This document shows positions 1 through 7,557 of a DNA stretch of 64,000 bases, in pieces. The translations under genes were made by a program, and so were the position numbers. Each line of letters opens with the position of its first letter. The stretch's first letter is position 1. The stretch spans positions 1-64,000 of the IMG/VR virus record IMGVR_UViG_3300021197_001787; one strand, 5' to 3'. This DNA is from a virus. The notes under the pieces were generated by a model. That model saw nothing but the letters and a program-made list of their open reading frames with translations. It was not told where the DNA came from and ran no database searches.

Positions 1-98
1 ACCTGTTCGTGGTAACTGTCTTTCTCCTGCGCAAATGCGGGAGGTGGTTCTGCGGGAGGCAGAAAATCAAATTCGTTGTTGTCGTTTTCGTCTGACAT
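1..98 (-). CDS. Partial CDS (N-terminus only, runs off left edge), acidic/Pro-rich start MSDENDNNEFDFLPPAEPPPAFAQEKDSYHEQ
   Basis: ATG at 98 preceded by AAGGA, 11 nt after the stop of the upstream gene; frame open to position 1. Confidence 0.7.
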   Translation of the reverse strand, partial: MSDENDNNEFDFLPPAEPPPAFAQEKDSYHEQ

Positions 99-109
99 TG
101 TTTATTCCT

Positions 110-478
110 TTATTCTGATACGCCGGGGATTGCATAGCCAGTGCCGCGGTCACCAGTGCCTCCGGGGAAACCCCAGTTTCGGCCGTGATTAGATGGTTTT
201 CTGTTTTTTCTTTTTTCATCGCGGATACTCTTTAGCGCCTGAAGTATTTCTGAAAGGCCGGCGTCCATAAGTCTGTGATACTTATCGTTCCAAGCTTTGT
301 CCTCTTCGTCAGTTTGTGGGTCGTATTTCAGAAGTTCTCGGTACTCATCATACAACTTTTCTTGTTCAACAGAAAGACTATTTATATATTCATCTTGTGT
401 TTGAGCGTTAGCTTCAGCCAATACAACCTCAATTTCTTCTTTAATAAGTTGTTTAAGTTGTGATTTGGTGATTTTCAT
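110..478 (-). CDS. Hypothetical protein with conserved N-terminal leader (candidate internal virion protein)
   Basis: MKITKSQLKQLIKEEIEVVLAEA leader; ATG at 478 overlaps the upstream stop (TGATG), preferred over the ORF-track GTG at 481. Confidence 0.8.
   Translation of the reverse strand: MKITKSQLKQLIKEEIEVVLAEANAQTQDEYINSLSVEQEKLYDEYRELLKYDPQTDEEDKAWNDKYHRLMDAGLSEILQALKSIRDEKRKNRKPSNHGRNWGFPGGTGDRGTGYAIPGVSE
428..478 (-). repeat. Copy 1 of 51-nt leader-coding repeat (copy 2 at 742-792)
   Basis: 17 codons differ from copy 2 at 6 positions: 5 synonymous and 1 Leu/Ile. Confidence 0.85.
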
Positions 479-792
479 CACGACATACCCAAGTCGGCTT
501 TAATTTGTTCAAGATTTTTAGGTAGACGACCTGTATCATTTGAAACCTCGCCGGTTGGTTTGAATTGGCCGCGTTCACCACCAACTCTGTACATAAATTG
601 AGAACCGCCTGCTCCGCCGGACTGCATCGCAAATTCAATTTTGCCTTGACGAATTTGATTGCCAAACATTTTAAAAATTTCAGGGAAATACATGTCCATC
701 GTATTAGCATCATAAAATTGCGTGCGCTCGTTTAAGACACCTTCAATTTCTTCTTTGATAATTTGTTTAAGTTGCGACTTGGTAATTTTCAT
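478..792 (-). CDS. Hypothetical protein with conserved N-terminal leader (candidate internal virion protein)
   Basis: MKITKSQLKQIIKEEIEGVLNER leader; AGGAG SD upstream of the ATG. Confidence 0.85.
   Translation of the reverse strand: MKITKSQLKQIIKEEIEGVLNERTQFYDANTMDMYFPEIFKMFGNQIRQGKIEFAMQSGGAGGSQFMYRVGGERGQFKPTGEVSNDTGRLPKNLEQIKADLGMS
742..792 (-). repeat. Copy 2 of 51-nt leader-coding repeat
   Basis: Direct repeat of 428-478 with mostly third-position differences. Confidence 0.85.
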
Positions 793-803
793 TTTGTAAT
801 CTC

Positions 804-3800
804 CTATTGATTTACTCTTGCGTATCCGTCTTTCTTTTCAATCACGATTTGCATGTCAACACAATCTTTGAGCGAATCAAGGTGAGAGATCAACAAAACG
901 TTCTTAAAATACACTTTAATTAGTTCCAAGATCCGAATAAAACCCTCCATATTTTCTTCGTCCAAAGCGGTACCGGGTTCATCAAGGATAAATAAGTCAG
1001 ATTTTGGTAGTGAGGATACCGATAAGAGAGCCAAACGAATGGCCATGGCGGCCATTGTTTTCTCTGCTCCTGAAGCCATCTCAATAGGGCGCTCATCATA
1101 CTGTGGGTGTTTAATGAAAATATCAAATTTATTTCCAAGACTATCAAAAAATATTTCAAAATCTACGATGTTGGCTAATACTTTCGCTACCTCTTCATTA
1201 ATTACCGGCATTTTCTTTTTAATAATATCGTAAGCAATTCCGTTAGAGTGCATACATTGCATAAAAAGATCGTAAGCAGAAAACTCTTTTTGAAGCTTTA
1301 TAAGTTCTGCTTGTTGCTTTTGTGTGTCCTCAAGCTGCTGTTCATAAGAGCCGACGCGCTTATACAAACTCAACGTTTTTTCCTTTTCCATTTCTATAGT
1401 TTTCTTAATCTTTGTTACTAAAATCTCATGCTCTTCTTTATTGTTTAATAGTTTTTCTAGATTTTCAATTGCTTCTTTATTTTGCTCATAAGCTATCTTT
1501 TTATCCATTAGCTGTGAAACCGAATTATTAATTCTTTCTAAAGCAATATTGTTTCTCTCAATAGACATCTTTAAATCTCTAATCAAAAATTCAGTTTCTT
1601 GCTTCTTTTCATTTAACTTTTTGTACTTTTCAATGTGATCTCTTACAATATCAGGCGCCAATGTAGAAAGGGTGTCCTCTAGTGAATTAATTTCAGTTTC
1701 AAACTCGGGAATTGTGGCCACAGCAACATGCGCATCCTTAATAAATTTACATGTAGGAAACGATGTGCCACACGGGATATCATCTAGAAGTTTTTCCTTA
1801 CCAATAGCAGAATCAAGCAAGGCAGCAAAATCTGATAGTTTATTATTTATCTCTGAAATTTCACCTTGTTGGGTCAGAAGGGAATCGTAATCCAATTGGC
1901 CCATTAATACCATTATTTTATCATACCGAGATTTTTCATTCTTAAGTGTGGAAGCATCTTCAATAACTTTGTTTGATAACAGACTAATTTGTTTTTGATT
2001 CTTTTCAAGGGTTCGATAAATGTCAAAAATATCAATCGCTTCCGCAGGTATATCAGAAATTTGCTTATCTATTTCAACAAGTTTGTTGAGCTTGTCTTGG
2101 AGAAGGGCTTCATTAGAAAACACGCTCTTCTCATGTGCTGCGATTTCGGTTCTACAGGTTTTTAGGTTTATTTCAGACTGTTCAAGCTCTTGTTTATAAT
2201 CCCTGTCTCCTAACTTTTTTAGGTAAACTTTTGCTTCAATTGACTCTTCTTTCGCTAATTTAAACTTCTGATCAAATATTTCTAAGTCCAAGAATTTAGC
2301 AATAATTTCTTTACGACGAGTTGAGCCTTCATCAATAAATGCTAGCGAGCCATGTTGCGATGCTAGTGATGATACATTAAAATCCTCTATAGTCCCGAAG
2401 TGTTTCCGAATGTTAGCATCAGTATTATTCCGCGTAAGGCCATTTAAAGATGTTGTCTCACCAGTAGCATAATTAAGAACTTCAAAATTTAATTCAGTTT
2501 TAGCTTCTTGTGTCTTCTCACCCTTTAACTTTTTAATATATTTTGTAGCTTTCCTTTCAATTGTATATAAGTTGTCGTTAATTTGAATTTCTAACTTGCC
2601 GCGGCCGACTTCTTTGTTCTGATTAATTACATTAAGATTTTTGCGTTCATTCTTTGAAGTTGTGTTAAACATCGTCCACAAAGCTGCATCAACAACAGAG
2701 CTTTTACCTGAAAAGTTTTTGCCAAATATTCCGACAATCCCGTCAAGCGTATCAAAGCAGACATTGTTGTCTTCACCATAATTAAATAAATTATCGAACT
2801 CAAAGTTTATTAGTTTCCAATTTATATTACGTGATACATCTTCTTCCTTCTCAATAATTACATTGTATTTTCTATTTAATTCGTACACGCTCTCTAAGAT
2901 ATCATCTGAGATGTGGTAATCTTTTAAGTATTCGCTGATAAGCTCTTCTTGTACCTTGATATCTCGTAAATTTTCAGTTTTAAGGCCATCTGTTAATTCT
3001 TCTACATTGCCACGTTCACCAGATGCCCTGTTAAGAAATGAAATACTCTCAGGTTTAAACCTGTGCTTCGCAATGTCTACTGCTCGCTTCATCACATCTA
3101 ACGGCAAGTTGTTGTTACTAACCAATCTTAGACGGGCGCCAGTAGGTATTTGAGTATTCTTCGGCATACGACCCTTGCGCGTAAGCTCTATTGTGATAAA
3201 CGCTTTGGGATTTACAAGAGATACATGACGAGTATCAAAATTGTTTTTATCTTTAATATCCCAAATCAAATATCCTTTGTCATTACTTTCACCGTGATTT
3301 TGCTGCACTAATGAGCCAGGATACCTTGCCTTACCATCGTTGTCGATCTTTTGATTAGTCTTGTGGATGTCACCCAAGAGTGCGTAGTCGTACTTCTCAA
3401 GGGTCTCCATATCAATATCACCGTGAGTCATCATCCAGCCGCTGTCAGTGACTGAACCGACGACTGAACCATGATAGAGAGCAATGTTTGTGCGATCTTC
3501 CGGTAAGTTCTCTTGCCAGTTTTCCGGATCCACAATAGACAATACATGCAAATCAATCCCATCAGCTACTTCAATAACTTCTGAATACTTATGGAAGTGC
3601 AAGTTAGGGTGTTTCAAATTGTCAACAATCGGACTAATCGCATCTAGTCGGCCGCTATTCTTTAAATTCATGTCATGGTTGCCGAGAATCATATAATAAG
3701 GTGCGATGTCTGCTAGATTAACAAACAAATCACTCATCATACGAATCGCCTCGGGACTCAAATCAAGTTTGGTGTGGAAGGTGTCCCCAGTATTGACTAT

Positions 3801-3917
3801 GATATCTGGTTTTTCTTCCTTCAGCTTTTCATAAAGCTGCTCAAATACTGCACGGTATTCCTTGTGGTACTTTAATTTTCGGACATGGATATCCGATACG
3901 TGTGCTATTTTGATCAC
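804..3917 (-). CDS. Single-chain Mre11(SbcD/gp47)-Rad50(SbcC/gp46) DNA repair nuclease-ATPase fusion
   Basis: Phosphoesterase motifs SDIH, GDTFH, GNHD, GDIH in the N-terminal part; Walker A GKNFSGKSS, Q-loop SQH, coiled coil, signature ASGAEK, Walker B FILDEPG and H-loop ISH; GTG start with AGGAG SD. Confidence 0.93.
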   Translation of the reverse strand: MIKIAHVSDIHVRKLKYHKEYRAVFEQLYEKLKEEKPDIIVNTGDTFHTKLDLSPEAIRMMSDLFVNLADIAPYYMILGNHDMNLKNSGRLDAISPIVDNLKHPNLHFHKYSEVIEVADGIDLHVLSIVDPENWQENLPEDRTNIALYHGSVVGSVTDSGWMMTHGDIDMETLEKYDYALLGDIHKTNQKIDNDGKARYPGSLVQQNHGESNDKGYLIWDIKDKNNFDTRHVSLVNPKAFITIELTRKGRMPKNTQIPTGARLRLVSNNNLPLDVMKRAVDIAKHRFKPESISFLNRASGERGNVEELTDGLKTENLRDIKVQEELISEYLKDYHISDDILESVYELNRKYNVIIEKEEDVSRNINWKLINFEFDNLFNYGEDNNVCFDTLDGIVGIFGKNFSGKSSVVDAALWTMFNTTSKNERKNLNVINQNKEVGRGKLEIQINDNLYTIERKATKYIKKLKGEKTQEAKTELNFEVLNYATGETTSLNGLTRNNTDANIRKHFGTIEDFNVSSLASQHGSLAFIDEGSTRRKEIIAKFLDLEIFDQKFKLAKEESIEAKVYLKKLGDRDYKQELEQSEINLKTCRTEIAAHEKSVFSNEALLQDKLNKLVEIDKQISDIPAEAIDIFDIYRTLEKNQKQISLLSNKVIEDASTLKNEKSRYDKIMVLMGQLDYDSLLTQQGEISEINNKLSDFAALLDSAIGKEKLLDDIPCGTSFPTCKFIKDAHVAVATIPEFETEINSLEDTLSTLAPDIVRDHIEKYKKLNEKKQETEFLIRDLKMSIERNNIALERINNSVSQLMDKKIAYEQNKEAIENLEKLLNNKEEHEILVTKIKKTIEMEKEKTLSLYKRVGSYEQQLEDTQKQQAELIKLQKEFSAYDLFMQCMHSNGIAYDIIKKKMPVINEEVAKVLANIVDFEIFFDSLGNKFDIFIKHPQYDERPIEMASGAEKTMAAMAIRLALLSVSSLPKSDLFILDEPGTALDEENMEGFIRILELIKVYFKNVLLISHLDSLKDCVDMQIVIEKKDGYARVNQ

Positions 3918-3928
3918 ACATTCTCCTA

Positions 3929-4030
3929 TTAATTAATAGCTTTGAGTAAAAACAGGGTACTGTAGTATGCAGTGGCCAAAACAGTGGCGTCCAGAAGTGT
4001 TTTGAAAATAAAGAAAACAACTTTGTTCAT
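3929..4030 (-). CDS. Small hydrophobic protein (33 aa) MNKVVFFIFKTLLDATVLATAYYSTLFLLKAIN, not in the ORF track
   Basis: ATG at 4030, GGAGG 8 nt upstream, directly downstream of a sigma70-type promoter; fills the gap before the Mre11-Rad50 gene. Confidence 0.6.
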   Translation of the reverse strand: MNKVVFFIFKTLLDATVLATAYYSTLFLLKAIN

Positions 4031-4055
4031 AGTACAGCCCTCCCAAGCTACTATT

Positions 4056-4083
4056 ATTATATCATGTCTGTGGATAAATGCAA
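4056..4083 (-). promoter_or_regulatory. sigma70-type (early) promoter TTGCAT-N16-TATAAT with extended -10 TGn
   Basis: Minus strand reads TTGCAT TTATCCACAGACATGA TATAAT in an intergenic gap. Confidence 0.7.
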
Positions 4084-4101
4084 GCTTTTTCTGTTAATAA
4101 T

Positions 4102-4998
4102 TTACTTGCCGATGTCTTGACCAGTAATTTTGTTAAACATTTGCATGTAATATTGAGAAGCAGACATGCCTGCATTTGGAAGTTCAGGATTGACCATATC
4201 TAATAGAGGATAAGATTCATATCCGAAAGATTCACCCTTGCCTTTAAGGAACTTTATACCACCTTGAGATGCTTTTTGCATCTGTGCTTGGTTCCCACCA
4301 ATATCGCTTTTACTTACTTTTGCTGGATTAAAGTCTGGTAAGTTATACAGTTGTTTATACTGCTGCGCATATTTTTCTTTGGACATGTCAGCTCCTCTAA
4401 CAGTGTTAGGGTCAATGCCTGGTTTTAAATCTGCCTTGCTGGTTACGCCCTTGGCAATTTGGTTTTTAATGTCTTGCTGTAGTTTTAGTAAAACGCCGTA
4501 CTCTTGTGAAAACATTTGTGTACGGCCGCCATCGTAGTCTTGAAAAATAGGAAAGTTTTGCATCTGGGAAACTCTATCACTAAAATCTTGACCTGCTTCA
4601 CCGCCTACAGAGCCCTTATCAGCATCCGGATTGATATTCCACATAAAGTTGGCCGATGAGCCTAACAGATCATTAACTGATTCTAATGCATGGCCGGACA
4701 ATTGCTTTTCAGCTTCTACGCTAGCTTCAGCGGCCGCGCGTTCTGCGGCTTTAATATCAGATAAATCGGAACTTTCGGATCCCAGAACACCCAATAAGCC
4801 ACCAACAACCGCTAAAGGGAGTAACCCTTTTTTGATTCTAGAAACCAAGTCGCGCCGGCGGTCTTTTTTGTATGCTTGTAGATCTTCATCGTTTTCAATA
4901 AGAAATTTGTCTAATTCTTCTTCAATTACTTGTTCTAAAAAATTATCAACTATTTCTTCTAAAATAATTTGTTTAAGTTTTGACTCAGTGATGTTCAC
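4102..4998 (-). CDS. Hypothetical protein with the conserved leader and one hydrophobic segment (candidate internal/ejected virion protein)
   Basis: MNITESKLKQIILEEI leader, then RRRDLVSRIKK-GLLPLAVVGGLLGVLG; preceded by CTATTTA motif. Confidence 0.8.
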   Translation of the reverse strand: MNITESKLKQIILEEIVDNFLEQVIEEELDKFLIENDEDLQAYKKDRRRDLVSRIKKGLLPLAVVGGLLGVLGSESSDLSDIKAAERAAAEASVEAEKQLSGHALESVNDLLGSSANFMWNINPDADKGSVGGEAGQDFSDRVSQMQNFPIFQDYDGGRTQMFSQEYGVLLKLQQDIKNQIAKGVTSKADLKPGIDPNTVRGADMSKEKYAQQYKQLYNLPDFNPAKVSKSDIGGNQAQMQKASQGGIKFLKGKGESFGYESYPLLDMVNPELPNAGMSASQYYMQMFNKITGQDIGK

Positions 4999-4999
4999 G

Positions 5000-5938
5000 C
5001 TATACCGCCGATAGTAAATCTAGCAGTAAATAGTTATCTCTATCGATAAAGGAGGCTTTATTTTTTCTTTCAACAAACACTTTTTTAGGCATGGAGCCTA
5101 CGTCTTCGTATCCCGAGACATCAATCTTATAAAGTTCAATATCGTATTCCAGTAACATCTTAATAATCCGCCTTTCTTTGGCGGCTGCGTCTGGATCAAG
5201 TGCGACGTAGATAGGGGTGTCATTTCTGACGATTTTGCGTAAGAGATCTGATCCTTTACGTAAAGTTGAGCCAAGTATCGGTACGGCATTCCCGGCAACC
5301 AATGCATCAAATACTCCTTCGACTATGGTTAAGTCTTTGTTCCAATCAATAAACAACTCATTAAACACTACATCCTTGGACGCTCTTGGATTTTTATACT
5401 TATATGAGTCACCAGTATAGGATCTAGCGATAAAGTAGCTACAATCGCCATCCTCGTCAAAGGAAGGGATAATAATACGATTGCGGTATTCCCCGCTAAA
5501 ACAATATCCAATCTTCCACTTAATGATGTCTTGTTTAGTTAATCCTCTTTTCTGTAAGTACTTGAGTGCATAGGCGCCAGTGGCTGGGACTTTTTTTGAG
5601 CATAATGTTGTGAATTCCTCTGGTAGTTGTACTTTTTCCTTGCCTGCTTTAAACTCTGTGTCCATAAAGAGTTCAGCGAATCTTTCCAAATCTGTGCGGT
5701 TTGTAATTTCGTCCCATTTCTGTAGTTGTACAAAGGAACCAAAACGGCGAACAATGCGCCTAATATTACGACCCCGATAATCACAAACCCAACACTTAAA
5801 AGCGTTTTTATCCAGGTTAACAGAGAACTTACGTTTGTGGTGGCCGCATGAAGGGCACGTAAAAAGAAGTTCGTTTCCTTTGTCTGCGTAGTTTCCAAGC
5901 GTTTCATATAAAATCTTCTTTGCTTCTTTCTTGTTCAT
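5000..5938 (-). CDS. DNA primase (DnaG / T4 gp61-like)
   Basis: N-terminal zinc finger CPSC..H..CWVC; YRNRIIIP; Toprim motifs IVEGVFDA and ALDPD. Confidence 0.9.
   Translation of the reverse strand: MNKKEAKKILYETLGNYADKGNELLFTCPSCGHHKRKFSVNLDKNAFKCWVCDYRGRNIRRIVRRFGSFVQLQKWDEITNRTDLERFAELFMDTEFKAGKEKVQLPEEFTTLCSKKVPATGAYALKYLQKRGLTKQDIIKWKIGYCFSGEYRNRIIIPSFDEDGDCSYFIARSYTGDSYKYKNPRASKDVVFNELFIDWNKDLTIVEGVFDALVAGNAVPILGSTLRKGSDLLRKIVRNDTPIYVALDPDAAAKERRIIKMLLEYDIELYKIDVSGYEDVGSMPKKVFVERKNKASFIDRDNYLLLDLLSAV
5027..5033 (-). promoter_or_regulatory. CTAWTTA motif (candidate late promoter)
   Basis: CTATTTA 28 nt upstream of the 4998 start. Confidence 0.45.
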
Positions 5939-5953
5939 GCGCCCTCAAACTAT

Positions 5954-5982
5954 AATCTATCACGATTCACCAACAATGTCAA
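5954..5982 (-). promoter_or_regulatory. sigma70-type promoter TTGACA-N17-TAGATT (extended -10) for primase
   Basis: Minus strand reads TTGACA TTGTTGGTGAATCGTGA TAGATT. Confidence 0.75.
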
Positions 5983-6007
5983 TAAAAAACCCCGCCGGGG
6001 CGGGGTT
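5981..6007 (-). terminator. Rho-independent terminator after the FKBP gene
   Basis: Stem AACCCCGC / GCGGGGTT with a 4-nt loop followed by a U-tract; 11 nt after the FKBP stop and abutting the next -35 box. Confidence 0.85.
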
Positions 6008-6017
6008 AGTTATGATA

Positions 6018-6590
6018 TTATAGAGTTTGCAAAGCTTCTATAATTTGTGCCTTGGTCGACTTTGTATTGACCGGCAAGCCTTGTGCTTTAGCAACATTGA
6101 GAAGTTCAGCCTTCTTCATGCTTGCACTCCAGTCAGCCATAGTTACGTCACTTTGCTCGTCAGTTCCGTGAATCTCCATAAGGCTGATTTCAAAAGTCAA
6201 TTGCTCACCAGCTAGTGGGTGATTTAAATTCAATGTGACTGTATCTTCGCTTACCTCATGAATTTTTGCAAGAAATTGCCCCTCTGGACTGTTGCCTTGC
6301 ACCAACTCTCCAATCACAAACTCAAAGTCTGGTCCGAATGCTTCCTTCGGGGCAGGCTTAAAAGCTTCAGGGTTGATAGGCCCGTATGCCTCATCAGGCT
6401 CAAGAGTAATACTCTTAGTCTCACCAATAGTCATGCCGACTACCGCGTTGTTGAATCCTTCGATCATGGCTCCGGTACCAAGTTCAAAATCCAAAGTTTG
6501 TCCGCGGGTGCGGGAATTGTCAAATTCGGTACCATCTATTAAGGTACCTCTGTAATGAACACTTACAGTGTGTCCGTTTGTTGCTTTCAT
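6018..6590 (-). CDS. FKBP-type peptidyl-prolyl isomerase (SlyD/FkpB-like, insert-in-flap) with C-terminal HeH/Rho-N-like domain
   Basis: VSVHYRGTL..G.EFDNS, MIEGFNNAVVGM.IGE, EAYGP, NHPLAG; C-terminal MKKAELLNVAKAQGLPVNTKSTKAQIIEAL. Confidence 0.9.
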   Translation of the reverse strand: MKATNGHTVSVHYRGTLIDGTEFDNSRTRGQTLDFELGTGAMIEGFNNAVVGMTIGETKSITLEPDEAYGPINPEAFKPAPKEAFGPDFEFVIGELVQGNSPEGQFLAKIHEVSEDTVTLNLNHPLAGEQLTFEISLMEIHGTDEQSDVTMADWSASMKKAELLNVAKAQGLPVNTKSTKAQIIEALQTL

Positions 6591-6626
6591 TTTTATCTCC
6601 TAGGTTGATGAAAGTTCATCTTGTGT

Positions 6627-6655
6627 AAGATAACACATAATGTTAATATTGTCAA
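6627..6655 (-). promoter_or_regulatory. sigma70-type promoter TTGACA-N17-TATCTT (extended -10) for FKBP gene
   Basis: Minus strand reads TTGACA ATATTAACATTATGTGT TATCTT; the -35 box overlaps the upstream TGA stop. Confidence 0.75.
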
Positions 6656-7209
6656 GCAGATTCTATGCTAAAACCGGCTTTAGCAATTATGATTGCGTCA
6701 GCTCTGTCATAAGATTCTGGTTTGGGATTTCCGTGCTTTGTATACTCAATTTTAAAGGCAGGTTCGTTTTCAAGTAAATGTTCAAGCACTACTACTTTTG
6801 CTTTTTGTCCTCTTGGGACTTTAATACCGGCTTGCTTTCTAGCCGAAGATGCACCAATGAATTTTGGTTTGATTTCAAATATTTCGTATAAAAGCCACGA
6901 AACTATTCCGTTAAAACGTGTCAGGGTTGAAAGAGTTTTTGCAGACGATTTGCCGCCCATAAACATATGAAGTGACTGTTCAATATAGATATGTTCTATT
7001 GGGTACTCTGAATTGCCGAAAGCCAATTTATCTTCGTTATTGCATTGATACATCTCAAATAAATCTAATAGCTTCTCTTTTATGGCTATAGTTTTATCAA
7101 AAACATCTTTATATTTGCGCAAATCAATTGAATCATAATTGACTATTTGGCCATCTGCCACAATTGCAAACCCAGTAATACTGGTACTAATATCTACGCC
7201 CAAAACCAT
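6652..7209 (-). CDS. RuvC-like Holliday junction resolvase
   Basis: RNase H-fold acidic residues VLGVDISTSITG, YIEQ, DRADA; 185 aa. Confidence 0.8.
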   Translation of the reverse strand: MVLGVDISTSITGFAIVADGQIVNYDSIDLRKYKDVFDKTIAIKEKLLDLFEMYQCNNEDKLAFGNSEYPIEHIYIEQSLHMFMGGKSSAKTLSTLTRFNGIVSWLLYEIFEIKPKFIGASSARKQAGIKVPRGQKAKVVVLEHLLENEPAFKIEYTKHGNPKPESYDRADAIIIAKAGFSIESA

Positions 7210-7212
7210 TTT

Positions 7213-7557
7213 CTAAACCTTGTATTTTCGCCAGCTATATGATTTTCTATTATCTAAATAATTCGTGTTAAACATATGCGAGTAAGCCTCTTGTTCAAAG
7301 CGAATCCTACGATATGCTAATTCTTTATTTCGGAATTTTATATACCCTTTCAAGTAATCCCAACCATATAACATATAAAAGAATACCACAAAAAGTTCTT
7401 TTTGTTGAGCAATATGTATACTTTCGTGATTTAAGACATCCTCTGACATCTCCTCCCTACTAATGATGAAGGGGTATAAGGTTATGGCAACAATGTCCAC
7501 GACCCATGAGATGGTTTTGAGAAACTTCGGTGCGATTAATAATATAGGTACTTTCAT
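7213..7557 (-). CDS. Small HExxH (zincin-like) protein, partly hydrophobic
   Basis: LNHESIHIAQQ and downstream FEQEAY. Confidence 0.6.
   Translation of the reverse strand: MKVPILLIAPKFLKTISWVVDIVAITLYPFIISREEMSEDVLNHESIHIAQQKELFVVFFYMLYGWDYLKGYIKFRNKELAYRRIRFEQEAYSHMFNTNYLDNRKSYSWRKYKV

Noticed and set aside
1-98. Naming the truncated first ORF (e.g. as a tubulin/FtsZ-like protein with an acidic N-terminal extension)
   Set aside because: Only 32 low-complexity residues are visible; no diagnostic motif
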